Below are positions 37,254 to 49,331 of a stretch of 64,000 bases of DNA, one piece after another. The stretch is from an uncultured Chloroflexia bacterium (GTDB lineage: Bacteria; Chloroflexota; Limnocylindria; QHBO01). The stretch lies in the NCBI GenBank assembly GCA_963814375.1, contig CAWFCQ010000007.1, positions 256,001 to 320,000 on the forward strand, given 5' to 3'. Both the position numbers and the translations under genes were made by a program. A model generated the notes under the pieces. The model saw only the letters and a list, made by a program, of their open reading frames with translations. It ran no database searches and was not told the origin of the DNA. How positions within the stretch are numbered: position 1 is the first letter of the stretch; every line of letters starts with the position of its first letter.

Positions 37254-38237
37254 GTGTTCGAGCTGCGTCGGGACCCGGTCACCGGGTGGTGGTCGGCGAT
37301 CGTGGCCGACCGGGCCTTCGAGCGCTCGGCCTTCGAGATCCCGGCACAGCCGGTGGAGGGTACGCACTGCCGCCACTGTGACGAGGCGCCGGAGCGCGAG
37401 CCGGACCACCTCGTCAGACGGGTGGCACTGCGTTCGCAGGCGTTCCATCGAATCGATTCGTCGAAGGCGACCGCCACGCAGCTCGCCATCAGCGAGGTCG
37501 AGCGCGCCACCGGTGCCTGGGAGATCCTGGTCGGACCGCGAGACCATCACGAGCGCCTGGCCGATGCCAGCCCGCAGCTCGCCGGCGCTCTTCTTCGCGC
37601 CGCCCGCGACGCCATGCGAGCGCTGGCCGCGGGGCCACGCACAACCGATGCCGAGGGAAGGCCGGAGCCGCTCTACATTCAGCTCGTCCAGAGCTACGGG
37701 ATGCAGGCCGGCTCCCGCAGCTCACACCTCAACCTCGAGATGTACGCCATCCCGCAGGTGCCGCACTGGGTGGCCGAGGAGATCGGTGGTGGCGCCCGAC
37801 AGATGATCAAGACCCGCCGCTGCGTGTGGTGCGCCCTGGCCGAGGCCGAGGAGGAGAACGAGGAGCGGCTCGTCCTCGCCGACCACCATGCCATCGTCTT
37901 CACGCCCGCCGCCAGCCGATCGGCATTCGAGATGATGGTCGTCCCGCGTCAGCACGCGGCGGACTTCACGGCGCTCGACGACGACGCCATCACCGATACG
38001 ACCGCCACGCTCCAGCGAGCCCTCCACGCGCTCGACGTCCTCGGCGACCCGCCCTACAACCTCTTCCTGCACACCGCGCCGGCCGGTGAGCGGCTCGACC
38101 AGACGTTCCACTGGCACTGGGAGATCCATCCCCGGCTGCGGACGATTGCCGGTCTCGAGCGCGCCACCGCCCTCGCCGTCAACCCGGCGGCGCCCGAGTA
38201 CGCGGCCGACGTCCTGCGCCAGCACCTGCATCGGTAA
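37254..38237 (+). CDS. GalT-like (HIT superfamily) protein with degenerate active-site motif
   Basis: ELRRDPVTGWW, CVWC, PPYNLFLHTAP, HWHWEIHPRL..AGLE; HPHSQ replaced by HLNLE. Confidence 0.75.
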   Translation: MFELRRDPVTGWWSAIVADRAFERSAFEIPAQPVEGTHCRHCDEAPEREPDHLVRRVALRSQAFHRIDSSKATATQLAISEVERATGAWEILVGPRDHHERLADASPQLAGALLRAARDAMRALAAGPRTTDAEGRPEPLYIQLVQSYGMQAGSRSSHLNLEMYAIPQVPHWVAEEIGGGARQMIKTRRCVWCALAEAEEENEERLVLADHHAIVFTPAASRSAFEMMVVPRQHAADFTALDDDAITDTTATLQRALHALDVLGDPPYNLFLHTAPAGERLDQTFHWHWEIHPRLRTIAGLERATALAVNPAAPEYAADVLRQHLHR

Positions 38238-38299
38238 CAGATGCGGATCGCGGTGCGTCACGGGCCAACCAGACGGGGACGATCTGTGCGGAGGACGAG

Positions 38300-38884
38300 G
38301 TGCAGTCGATGGCAGTGCCCGGCAGGATCCCGTGGGGCGATCCCGCGGTGACCCGTGATGCCGGCGAGGACCGGGAAACCGCGTTCGCCCAGCTCTTCGA
38401 GGAGTTCTCCGCCCCGATTTACAACTACGTCCTGCGCATGGTCGCCGATGCGGATCGTGCCGCCGACATCACCCAGGAGACCTTCATCAAGGCGTACCGC
38501 AAGCTCGACACGGTGACCGAGGCCACCTCGACCCGCTCATGGCTGTATCGGATCGCGACGAACACCGCCATCGACGACATGCGCCGCCGCCGCAACGTGA
38601 CCACGATGAGCGACGATCAGCCCGTCTTCGCCAACCGGCCCGACGATCGGCCCGGCCCGGAGGCGCAGGTCATGGCATCCACGCTCGACGAGCGCGTCCA
38701 GCGCGCGCTCTCGACCCTGCGCCCGAACCACCGCGAGTGCCTCCTGCTCAGCGACCTCGAGGACATGAGCGCCCAGCAGATCGGCGAGGTGATGGGCCTC
38801 TCGTACGGGGCCGTGCGGACGCTGCTGTGCCGCGCTCGAGGTGAGATGAGGCGGGCGCTGGCGGCGGAGGGCTTTGCCCGATGA
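38300..38884 (+). CDS. ECF RNA polymerase sigma factor
   Basis: AADITQETFIKAY, WLYRIATNTAID, AVRTLLCRAR. Confidence 0.9.
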   Translation: MQSMAVPGRIPWGDPAVTRDAGEDRETAFAQLFEEFSAPIYNYVLRMVADADRAADITQETFIKAYRKLDTVTEATSTRSWLYRIATNTAIDDMRRRRNVTTMSDDQPVFANRPDDRPGPEAQVMASTLDERVQRALSTLRPNHRECLLLSDLEDMSAQQIGEVMGLSYGAVRTLLCRARGEMRRALAAEGFAR

Positions 38885-40600
38885 GCAGGGATCGGAGCAT
38901 GGATCGCCACGAGCAATTCGAGGAGCTCATCAGCGCCTCGCTGTCGGGAGATCTGACCCTAGACGAGCGCCGCCGGCTGGACGCGCACCTTGACACCTGC
39001 GACACGTGCCGCGCCACGCTGGCCGCCTTCGCCGATCAGCGCCGGATGGTGGCCGGGCTTCGTCACGTCCCGGTTCCGCATGATCTCGATGCCCGCGTCC
39101 GCGCCGGCGTGGAGCGTGCGGCGGTCCCCTGGTGGCGCCGTCCGCGGACGATCCTGCTCGGTGCGACCGGCGGGCTCGCGGTCGTGGCCGGGGCGTTGCT
39201 GGCACTTGTTCTGCTCGACACACCCGCGGACGAGCCACAGGTCGGGGAGGCGACGCCATCGGTGACGCCGAGCTTCGTGTCCGTTCCCAGCGAGACGCCC
39301 ATCCCGACCCTTCCCCCGTCCTCCCCGGGGCCATCGTCGGCCGCCACACCGACGCCTCAGCCAAGCGAGCCCGCATCACCGCCCGCGACACCCGCACCCA
39401 CACCCACACCGGTCAGCCCGGAACCAGCCGTCTTCGTTGCCGTGACCGGCGACTTCGACAGCCAGGCGATGACGGTTCGCGACGGGACAACCGGTGCCAC
39501 GGTCGGCGAGCTCGAGACGCCGTCCGGCGAGCCAATCGCGGCCGAGCTCTCTCCCGACGGCCAGTGGCTGGCCTACATCACCACCGTCGGGCTGAGCGGC
39601 ATGAACGAGGTGCGGGCGACCCGGATCGCGGATGAATCGGAGAGCGAGGCACAGGAGACCATCGTCCTCGGTCGCTCGGTGGCAGGCAGCCCGTTCCTGG
39701 AGCGGCTGTTCTGGTCGGCGGACAGCAGGTATCTCGCGTTCAGCCTGGCGGATACCTCGGGGGGCGGCGTCGATGCCTGGCTGCTCGACACCTCGCAGGA
39801 CCTGCCCGGTCGCAAGCTGACGAATACCGGAACAACGTACGCGGGGAGCTTCACGCGGGACGGCCACCTCTGGGTCAGCTCGGCCGGCGAGACGCCCACC
39901 GGGTACCTCCTCCCAGCTTCGGTCGTCGAGACCGGGCGAGGAGATCGACGCGGAGGAGCTCGCCAACGTGGCCGACGACGCGGCCGACGTCTTCCAGCCA
40001 CTGATCAGCCCGAACGGCGCGTTCCTCATCTACTGGACCGGCCGCATGGAGCGCGTCGGCGACGAGTGGCTCTTCAGTGAGGGCGGCGCACCGTGGCTGG
40101 CTGAGAATCGGGATGACGGCCAGGGCGGATACGAGTTCGCCTCGGCGCGGTACCTCTTCGGGGACCTGACGATCGACCGTGACGCGTTCGCGTCGGCGGC
40201 GATCACGTGGGGCGGAGACAGCGACGCATACGCGGTGTGGGACGCCGCCTGGACGGGGGTCCCGCAGTCGTCGAGTGGCGACTACCCAGATCCTGTGCGG
40301 GTGTACTTCGGCCATGCCACCGACCCGCGTGGCCTGACACAGGACCACGCCATCGATGCGGCGGACATCCCGCCCGACGGCTTCGTGGTCGACGTCAAGG
40401 TCGCGCCGACCGGCCGACATCTCGTCATCACAGCCGGTCAGCCGCGACCAGGGGACCTTGCCCCGCCGAGCGCCGATCTGCTCCTCATCGAGCGCAACAC
40501 CGGGACCGTCCCTGACGGGGTGACGGTCATCGGTAACGCCGCCGAGGGATGGTTCGGGCCGGCCGCCTTCCCCGCCCCTGACGAGGCCGCCGCGCCGTAG
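38881..40600 (+). CDS. zf-HC2 anti-sigma factor with TolB/beta-propeller-like extracellular domain (apparent +1 frameshift near 39935)
   Basis: HLDTCDTC ZAS motif, TM, P/T linker, SPDGQWLAY; continues in ORF 39968-40600. Confidence 0.78.
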
Positions 40601-40624
40601 CGCATCGGTATACTCGCGGGCGAG

Positions 40625-42127
<1,503 letters not shown>

Positions 42128-42131
<4 letters not shown>

Positions 42132-43465
42132 CCGACGGTCGCTTCGGACGCCTCTCCGATGCGCCCGCCTCGTTCACCCTGATCGGCGCGAGGATCGTCG
42201 ACCCATCGGAGGGGACCGATGCGATCCGCGACCTTTTCGTCCGGGACGGTGTGATCGTCGAGCAGGCGCCCGTTGGCGGCGAGGTCATCGACGCCAGCGG
42301 GCTCGTGGTGGCACCCGGCTTCTGCGATCTGCACTCCCACCTCCGCGAACCCGGCGACTCCGCGGCCGAGACGATCGAGACCGGCGCACGGGCGGCGGCG
42401 CGAGGCGGCTTCACCACCACCTGCGCCATGCCGAACACGCACCCTCCCATCGACGGAGCTGATGGCGTGCGCCGTGTGTCGGCTGCCGCGGGCGGGGCCG
42501 CGTGCCGGATCCGAGTCATCGGGGCGGCCACCATCGGACGCGAGGGTTCGAAATTGGCCGACCTCGATGGCATGTCCAACGCCGGGGCGATCGGTTTCTC
42601 TGACGATGGCGCCGCCGTCCCGAACGAGGTGGCGCTTGAGGTCGCCCGGCGGGTTGCGGCGCTCGAGGCCACCCTCTTCGAGCACGCAGAGGATGCCGAG
42701 ATCACGGCCGGTGGCGTGATGCGCGAGGGCCTGGTTGCCACCCGCCTCGGCCTGCCGGGTTGGCCGGCGGAGGCCGAGCGGACCGTCGTCGAGCGCGACC
42801 TTGCGCTCGCCGACGAGACGGGGGCTCGGATCCACCTTACCCATCTCTCGACGGCCGGGGCGATCGAGGCGGTCCGGGAAGCGAAGGCGCGCGGCGTGGC
42901 TGTGACCTGCGACGTCACCCCGCACCACCTTGCCCTGACCGATGCGTGGGTCGCCGGGTCGCGGCAATTCGCCTGGGAGGACCCGGTCCTCGACGATGCG
43001 CTCGCCTACGACGGGGCGTGCCGGGTCAATCCGCCACTCGGCCCCCGCGATGACGCGCTCGCGCTGCTTGCCGCCGTCGCCGACGGCACCGTCGACGCCG
43101 TGGCGACCGACCACGCCCCGCATCCTCCCGAGCGGAAGCTCGTCCCATTCGAGGAAGCGGCGCCGGGCCTCATCGGTCTCGAGACGGCGCTCTCGCTCGG
43201 GCTGGCAGCGGTCGAGGCCGGGCGTCTGACGCTTTCAGCCCTGATCGCCGCGCTCTCGACGGGGCCGGCGCGGATCATTGGCGAGGAGCGCGGCCTCGCC
43301 ACCGGCGCATTGGCGGACCTGGTGGCCTTCGATCCGACCGATCGCTGGCGAGTGGAGACGGAGTCGCTGGCATCGGCGTCGGCGAACACCCCGCTGCTCG
43401 GCATGGAGCTGCCCGGCGTCGTGCGGCTGACGGTCGCCGGTGGCCGCGTGACGTATCGGTCCTGA
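42128..43465 (+). CDS. pyrC: Dihydroorotase (type I)
   Basis: DLHSHLREPG, MPNT, VTPHHL, VNPPL, ATDHAPH. Confidence 0.93.
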
Positions 43466-43531
43466 GCGACCTCCGGCGCGATATGGGACCATTCGGCCGC
43501 CACTCGCCGCCAAGATCAGACGAGGCATGGC

Positions 43532-43846
43532 TTGTCGATTCGTTACAACGAGGATCTCGACCCCAACGAAGGGCCGGGATTCGGGTGCTTCGTCACCCAG
43601 GCGATCCTGTTCGCCGTTCTCCTGCTCCTCATCCCGGTCGGCCTCTTCACATTCCACTGGCCCGTTCCGGTGCTCATCGGCTTGCTCATCCTGGCCATGA
43701 TCCTTCTCTTCTTCGTGAGCATGACGAGCGTCTTCCTGCTGCGCGTCTTCTTCGCCGATCGGCGGCGCGGACGCGGGCGGCAGACCGGCGTGGCGAAGCC
43801 GCAGACTCGGGTCATCACCACCGAAACGGAGGACAACGATGAGTGA
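43532..43846 (+). CDS. Small 2-TM membrane protein, hypothetical
   Basis: Two hydrophobic segments; precedes the 108-aa gene. Confidence 0.55.
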   Translation: MSIRYNEDLDPNEGPGFGCFVTQAILFAVLLLLIPVGLFTFHWPVPVLIGLLILAMILLFFVSMTSVFLLRVFFADRRRGRGRQTGVAKPQTRVITTETEDNDE

Positions 43847-43855
43847 GGCACGCCG

Positions 43856-44182
43856 ATGCCGCTGATGGTGACCTTCTTCAACGTCCGCAAGGGCCGCGAC
43901 ACGCTCTTCAAGCGTGGCATGCGCCACATGTTTCCTCGCCAGGCGCGCCAGACGGAGGAGAAGTACGGCATCCGCTTCGTGGGCTGGTTCAACGTCACCG
44001 AGGGCTCGACCTGGAACAACGTCCTCATCCTCGACCTGCCGAACTACGCGGTGCTCGACCAGCTGTACGCGGACCCGAGCATGCGCGGCTTCGGGCATCG
44101 GGTGGCCGAATCGATCTTCGACTCCAAGCACACGATCTTCCTGCGCGAGCGGATGGGCCCGGACTTCGTGTTCAAGCCATGA
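43856..44182 (+). CDS. Hypothetical 108-aa protein, possible dimeric alpha-beta barrel (NIPSNAP/GYD-like)
   Basis: GAGG RBS, high-GC3 codon use, alternating beta/alpha pattern (GIRFVGWF, VLILDLPNY). Confidence 0.65.
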   Translation: MPLMVTFFNVRKGRDTLFKRGMRHMFPRQARQTEEKYGIRFVGWFNVTEGSTWNNVLILDLPNYAVLDQLYADPSMRGFGHRVAESIFDSKHTIFLRERMGPDFVFKP

Positions 44183-45012
44183 CCGAAGGGTCGCCCAGCT
44201 CCCCACGGATCGTTGCGTTGCGCGAGCTGGCCGCCGAGGCCGAGCTCGAGCGACGCGACTTCGTGTACGAGGCGACCGAGCAGCTCCGCCGATTCGTCGA
44301 TTCCAACCGCGAGCGCCTGCTCGAGATCGGCCCGATCAAGCTCGTCGATGACGAGCAGGACTACCTGCTCTACCACCCGATCGACGAGACGTGGACCACG
44401 CGCCTCACCTACCAGGACCCGGCCGACAACGAGTGGTACGACGAGGAGCAGCTGGTCGGGTCGATCGCCGAGCTGGTCGAGCTCTACAACCCGGCCGACA
44501 TCTTCTCCTGGATCATGGAAGCCGCGCGCGATGCTCCCGCCCACCTCGTCGCAGCCGATGAGCTGGCCCGCGAGGAGGAGCTGATCGAGCCGGTGGCCGA
44601 CGACTGGCAGGCCGACCTGCCCTCGACGCAGCAGGAGACGCTGGCCGCGCAGCGCCTCTGGCAGCTGGCCGATGCGTACCGCACGCAGCTGGCCACCGCC
44701 CAGGCCCAGCACCTGCGCGAGTTCGCCGCGAACGCCGAGGAGGTCCTGCGCCGCACCGGTGAGCTGCTGCTGCTCGACGAGCCGGAGGACGTGCTGGTGC
44801 TGCGGGCCGACGGCCGCTTCGAGACCTCCATCGACCTCTCCGATCGGCCTGACGAGGTGGTCGCGGCCGTCGAGCCGCAACGCGCCGGCCTGACGGTGAC
44901 CGAGGCCCGAACCATCGCCTCCTTCTACGACCCCGCGGACGTGCTGCACTGGGTGACCGAGGCGCTCGCCGAGCGCTACCCCACGGTCGACTTCAGCGCC
45001 GTCTACGAATGA
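44179..45012 (+). CDS. Acidic hypothetical protein with internal two-fold duplication
   Basis: ATGA overlaps on both sides; repeated LRxF...GxxxLxD...YxPADxxxWxxEA. Confidence 0.7.
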   Translation: MTEGSPSSPRIVALRELAAEAELERRDFVYEATEQLRRFVDSNRERLLEIGPIKLVDDEQDYLLYHPIDETWTTRLTYQDPADNEWYDEEQLVGSIAELVELYNPADIFSWIMEAARDAPAHLVAADELAREEELIEPVADDWQADLPSTQQETLAAQRLWQLADAYRTQLATAQAQHLREFAANAEEVLRRTGELLLLDEPEDVLVLRADGRFETSIDLSDRPDEVVAAVEPQRAGLTVTEARTIASFYDPADVLHWVTEALAERYPTVDFSAVYE

Positions 45013-45602
45013 CCGATGCGGACCTGCGCGCCGCCCCCGTCGAGGAGCTGTTCGAACGCTCCGGCGCCCTGCTCGAGGGCCACTTCCTCCTGAAGTCCGG
45101 GCGGCACGCCGGGCGTTACCTCGAGAAGTTCCTCGTCCTCCAGCATCCACGCTATGGGGTGGAGCTCTGCCGGCGCTTTGCGGAGGCCCTCGCCCCGTAC
45201 CAGCCGAGCCTCGTGGTCGGCCCGACGACGGGCGGCGTGCTCCTCTCGTTCGAGACGGCGCGCCAGCTCGGAGGATCGGTGCGCGCGGCCTTCGCCGAGC
45301 CGATCGCATCTGGCGGGCGGGCGCTGCGGCGTGGCTGGGAGGTCGCGGCCGACGAGCGGGTCGTGCTGGTGGACGACATCCTCACCACCGGCGCCTCTCT
45401 GCTCGAGACGGTTGAGGCCGTGCGCGCCGCCGGCGTCGAGCCGCTGGCGGCGGCGGTCATGGTCGACCGCTCGACGGCCCCCGTCGACCTGGGTGGCGTA
45501 CGGCTGCATGCGCTCGGCCGGATCGAGATCCCGTCATGGAATGCCGGCGAGTGTCCGCTCTGCGCGGACGGGATGCCACTCCACAAGCCCGGAAGTAGCT
45601 AG
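45009..45602 (+). CDS. pyrE: Orotate phosphoribosyltransferase
   Basis: GALLEGHFLLKSGRH, VLVDDILTTGAS, CPLC..KPGS. Confidence 0.92.
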   Translation: MTDADLRAAPVEELFERSGALLEGHFLLKSGRHAGRYLEKFLVLQHPRYGVELCRRFAEALAPYQPSLVVGPTTGGVLLSFETARQLGGSVRAAFAEPIASGGRALRRGWEVAADERVVLVDDILTTGASLLETVEAVRAAGVEPLAAAVMVDRSTAPVDLGGVRLHALGRIEIPSWNAGECPLCADGMPLHKPGSS

Positions 45603-46936
45603 CCCTTGGCCCCGCCGGTGAAGTTCCACGATGCGAGGTGCAGCGACGGCACCACGTACGCCCCCAGGCCGAAGGTCGCGCCACCGACCAGGGTGAGATC
45701 GGACCCCACGCCCTTGACCGCGCCCGGCGCCAGCGCCTCGAGGTATGACTGGGTGAAGCGCAGGTTCGTGACCGGTCGCACGATCCTGCCGTCCTCGACA
45801 AGCCACACGCCGTTGCGCGTCAGGCCGGTGACCACCATCGTTCGCGGGTCGAGGATGCGCGTGTACCACAGGTCCGTCACCAGCAGGCCACGCTCCATCG
45901 CGCCGACCAGCGCGTCGGGCGTCGATGTGCCCGGGTCGAGCACGAGGTTGGCCGGCAGCGCGCCGAATGGGCCGGCCCCGGCGACCGCGTTGCCCGTCGA
46001 CTCGGCACCAAGCGCCTTGGCGGTCCGGCGATCGTTGACCAGCCCGGCTGTGACGCCATCGGTGATGAGCGGCAACCGCCGCTTGGGGGTGCCTTCGGCA
46101 TCGAAGCCGATGCCTACGCCCATCGGGTGGCCCACGTCATCGGCGACCGAGAGCGTCTCGTCGAACTGCGCCTCGCCGACGCGCGCGAACGATCGGCCCT
46201 CCTCGACCGCGCGGCCGTTGAAGCCGTAGATCGCCAGGAATCCGAGGACGTTGACGACGCACGACGGCGACATCACCACCTCGTAGCGGCCGGGCTCGAG
46301 GTCGGTTGCCGCAGCCGAGTCACGAGCGCGCTTCGTCGCGAGCACGCCGACGGCTCCTCCATCGAGGTCCGAGAGCCGGACCGATGCGGCCCGATCGGCT
46401 CCGTCCGAGCTGCCGGTGCGCGCGATCCCGTCGATCTGAGCCTGCGTGCTCCGGCCGCTGGCACGCTGGCCGGCAGAGTTCGCGAAGACGGTCTCGAGGC
46501 CCTCGGTCGAGCAGAACCCGGCAGTCTCGAGCCCGTCCGCGGCGTGAACGAACGACGCGATGCGCTCCGCCCGCTCGTCGGGCGCCGCGGATGCCGTGCC
46601 GTCGTCCCAGTGGTCGACCTTCGGCGTTTCGGCAACCGGTGCGAGACCCGGCCAGCCGGGATCGACCGGCTGAAGGCGAGCGGCTTCGAGGGTCGAGCGG
46701 ACGAGGCGCGCGAGCGCGTCGTCATCGGTCCGGTTGTCGGTTGCCTCGGCGACGCGACCGTCGAGGGCAACCCGCAGGTGAACCTCGCGCGCGGCGTCGG
46801 CCACGTTCTGGTGGATGAAGCTGGTTGCGAAGCGGGTCAGCGCCTCGGTGCCCTGCGTGACGGTGACCTCGGCCTCGGCCTCGTTTCCCGCGAGGCTGAG
46901 CACGCGCTCGGCGGTTGATAGGAGACGGTCGTTCAT
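45599..46936 (-). CDS. TldD/PmbA family protein (PmbA/TldE-like subunit)
   Basis: TRFATSFIHQNV, LEPGRYEVV, FDAEG, GLLVTDLWYTR, TGLTRNG. Confidence 0.85.
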   Translation of the reverse strand: MNDRLLSTAERVLSLAGNEAEAEVTVTQGTEALTRFATSFIHQNVADAAREVHLRVALDGRVAEATDNRTDDDALARLVRSTLEAARLQPVDPGWPGLAPVAETPKVDHWDDGTASAAPDERAERIASFVHAADGLETAGFCSTEGLETVFANSAGQRASGRSTQAQIDGIARTGSSDGADRAASVRLSDLDGGAVGVLATKRARDSAAATDLEPGRYEVVMSPSCVVNVLGFLAIYGFNGRAVEEGRSFARVGEAQFDETLSVADDVGHPMGVGIGFDAEGTPKRRLPLITDGVTAGLVNDRRTAKALGAESTGNAVAGAGPFGALPANLVLDPGTSTPDALVGAMERGLLVTDLWYTRILDPRTMVVTGLTRNGVWLVEDGRIVRPVTNLRFTQSYLEALAPGAVKGVGSDLTLVGGATFGLGAYVVPSLHLASWNFTGGAKG

Positions 46937-48375
46937 CCTCGCACCCCCACTCGCACGCCTCGGAAGCGGCACGGCACGGCCGGGTGGCCGGTGTGGCCGA
47001 TCTGGCCGGGCTGCCCCTTTCCGCAGTTCGGCGTGCCCCAGAACGTCCGCTCCGACTCGTTGCCGAGCATGTCGAGGCTTCCCCAGAAGCTCGGGCCGAT
47101 TCCGGTGTAGGTCGGATTGCGCAGCATCCGGCCGCGCTTGCCGTTCTTGATCTCCCAGCCGATCTCGCAGCCGAACTGGAAGTTGAGCCGCTTGTCGTCG
47201 ATCGACCACGACCGGTTCGTGTCGATGAGGAGGCCGTCATCGGTGGCGGCGATCATGTCGTCGAGGCTGCTGTCGCCCGCCAGCAGGCCGACGTTCGTCA
47301 TGCGCACCATCGGCAGTCGGTTGTAGCCGTCGCCGCGAACCGCCCCGCCTGACTCGGGCAGCCCGGCGAGGGCGGCCGAGTCCCGTCCGGAGAGGACGCC
47401 GACCCAGGTCCCGTCACGCACGATGTCGACCGGGTGGGCCGGGGTGCCCTCGTCGTCGTAGCCAAAGCTGCCGAGGGCGCCGGGCAGCGTCGCATCGGCG
47501 GTGATGTTCATGAGCTCGCTGCCGAACTTGAGCGATCCGATCTGCGCCAGGTCGAGCCACGAGGTGCCGGCGAAGGCGGCCTCCCAGCCGAGGATGCGGT
47601 CGAGCTCGACGGCGTGGCCCACCGACTCGTGGATCTGGAGGGCCATCTGCTCCGAGCCGATGATGAGGTCGATCGCGTCATGGCTCGGGCACTCGGGCGC
47701 CGTCAGCAGCTCGCGCGCCTCCTCGGCGACCCGGGCTGCGTTTCCGGCCAGGTCGAGCTCGCGCACGAGCTCCCAGCCACGCGTTCCGTACTGCCCACGG
47801 ATGCCCGGATAGCTGCGCCGCTGCGTCTCGGACTCACCGTTCGCCGTCGCATCCATCTGCGCGCCGCACTCGACGATGTGCTGGTCGATCCGATGACCCT
47901 CGCTGCTGGCCAGCCACTTCGTGGTCTCCCAGATGTCGTAGCTGGCGAGCGCGATGTCGGCGCCGTGATCCTTCATCGTCCGCGTCGCACCGACGAGCAG
48001 GTCGCCCTTCTCGGCGAGTGGGACCGCGAACGGATCCTCGGCAACCTCGTTGGACCAGCTGTCCTGACGCACCTCGACCGGGGTGAGCTCGAGGTCCTTG
48101 CCCGGGACCGATGCGCTGGCGCGCGCGATGGCGGCAGCCTGCGCTCCCGCGGAGCGGGCCGCCTCATCGGTGAGGTCGGCCACCGCGTAGAAGCCCCAGC
48201 CGGAGCCGATGAGTGCGCGCACTCCCAGCCCGACGGACCCCTCCTGGGTGAGCCCCTCGACCTCGCCGTTGCGGGCGATCATCGATTCGTGGCGGCGGTC
48301 CATGACCCGCGCATCGGCGTAGCGGGCTCCCGCCGCGATGGCCGCATCGACGGCGGCCTCGGCGTAATCGAACAT
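46933..48375 (-). CDS. tldD: TldD family metalloprotease
   Basis: LQIHESVGHAVELDR (HExxxH), YDDEG, VRMTN, CGKGQP. Confidence 0.9.
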   Translation of the reverse strand: MFDYAEAAVDAAIAAGARYADARVMDRRHESMIARNGEVEGLTQEGSVGLGVRALIGSGWGFYAVADLTDEAARSAGAQAAAIARASASVPGKDLELTPVEVRQDSWSNEVAEDPFAVPLAEKGDLLVGATRTMKDHGADIALASYDIWETTKWLASSEGHRIDQHIVECGAQMDATANGESETQRRSYPGIRGQYGTRGWELVRELDLAGNAARVAEEARELLTAPECPSHDAIDLIIGSEQMALQIHESVGHAVELDRILGWEAAFAGTSWLDLAQIGSLKFGSELMNITADATLPGALGSFGYDDEGTPAHPVDIVRDGTWVGVLSGRDSAALAGLPESGGAVRGDGYNRLPMVRMTNVGLLAGDSSLDDMIAATDDGLLIDTNRSWSIDDKRLNFQFGCEIGWEIKNGKRGRMLRNPTYTGIGPSFWGSLDMLGNESERTFWGTPNCGKGQPGQIGHTGHPAVPCRFRGVRVGVRG

Positions 48376-48413
48376 GACGAGAAGGTTAGCGCCGCTAAGG
48401 GGTTTGCGCGTGG

Positions 48414-49325
48414 TCAGTCCGTTCGCCCTGGGCCGGCCGCAATCCCGCCTCCGGGCCGATGGGCCGCGTCGGCACGCTCGACCGGCTCCTGCCAGGTCAC
48501 CTCGGTGATGCGGGCCGGCGGGAACTCGCCATCGGCAGGGACGATCCCCTCTTCGGCCTCGAGCGGGATCCCGATCGGCGCCACGAGGTATCGGCCCGCC
48601 AGTCGTCGCGCCTCGCGATCGAGGACGAACCCGGCCTTGGCACGATGGAAGGTGACGGTGACATCCGCGGCGACCACCGGGGTCGAGCGGGAGCCGCCGG
48701 TCTGGTCGATCCGCGTGGGCGCATCGACCGCGACGACCGACACCGCTCGACCGCCGGCGACGCCGTGGGTGCGCGTGGCGTTGACGAGATCCACGGCCGT
48801 CGAGATCGGCTCGCGCAGGGCCCCGGCGGCGCCCGATCCGAGCAGCGCATCGACCAGGACCGTGGCCTCGGCGATGCGATCGCGCAGTCGCAGCAGGAGC
48901 TCCGGCGACGGTGCGACGAAGAGCTCGAGTGATCCGGCAGCGGCCATGGCCTGGAGCACATTCCAGTTGTGGGTTGACGCCGGGCCGGCGGAGCGGCTGG
49001 CATCGGCGACGAGGATGGCAAGGACGCGGCGCCCTGCCGCGGCGAGGCGGCGCGCGACGACGAAGCCGTCCCCGCCGTTGTTGCCCGGCCCGCACAGCAC
49101 GACCGTCAGCGGCGGTCGCACGAGCGGACCACCGGGGCCGCGCGCCGCCTCGGCCAGGCGGGCCAGCTCGGCGTGCACGACCTCGGCGACCGCCGCGCCG
49201 GCGGCCTCCATCAGCGCATCCTCGGCCAATCCCAGCTTCTGGGCGGCCTCGTCGATGCGCGCCATCTCATCGGCGCCGATGAGGACGGGGACGCCGCGCT
49301 CGGCTCGCGCGGCCGGATCGGTCAC
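48414..49325 (-). CDS. nnrE: NAD(P)H-hydrate epimerase (YjeF-N, stand-alone)
   Basis: LMEAAG, CGPGNNGGDG, VDALLGSG, AVDAPT, TVTFHRAK. Confidence 0.85.
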   Translation of the reverse strand: MTDPAARAERGVPVLIGADEMARIDEAAQKLGLAEDALMEAAGAAVAEVVHAELARLAEAARGPGGPLVRPPLTVVLCGPGNNGGDGFVVARRLAAAGRRVLAILVADASRSAGPASTHNWNVLQAMAAAGSLELFVAPSPELLLRLRDRIAEATVLVDALLGSGAAGALREPISTAVDLVNATRTHGVAGGRAVSVVAVDAPTRIDQTGGSRSTPVVAADVTVTFHRAKAGFVLDREARRLAGRYLVAPIGIPLEAEEGIVPADGEFPPARITEVTWQEPVERADAAHRPGGGIAAGPGRTD

Positions 49326-49331
49326 CGAGGG

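Noticed and set aside
45599-48375. TldD/PmbA as maturation enzymes of the repeat peptide
   Set aside because: About 16 kb away, a widespread housekeeping pair, with no sequence link to the operon.
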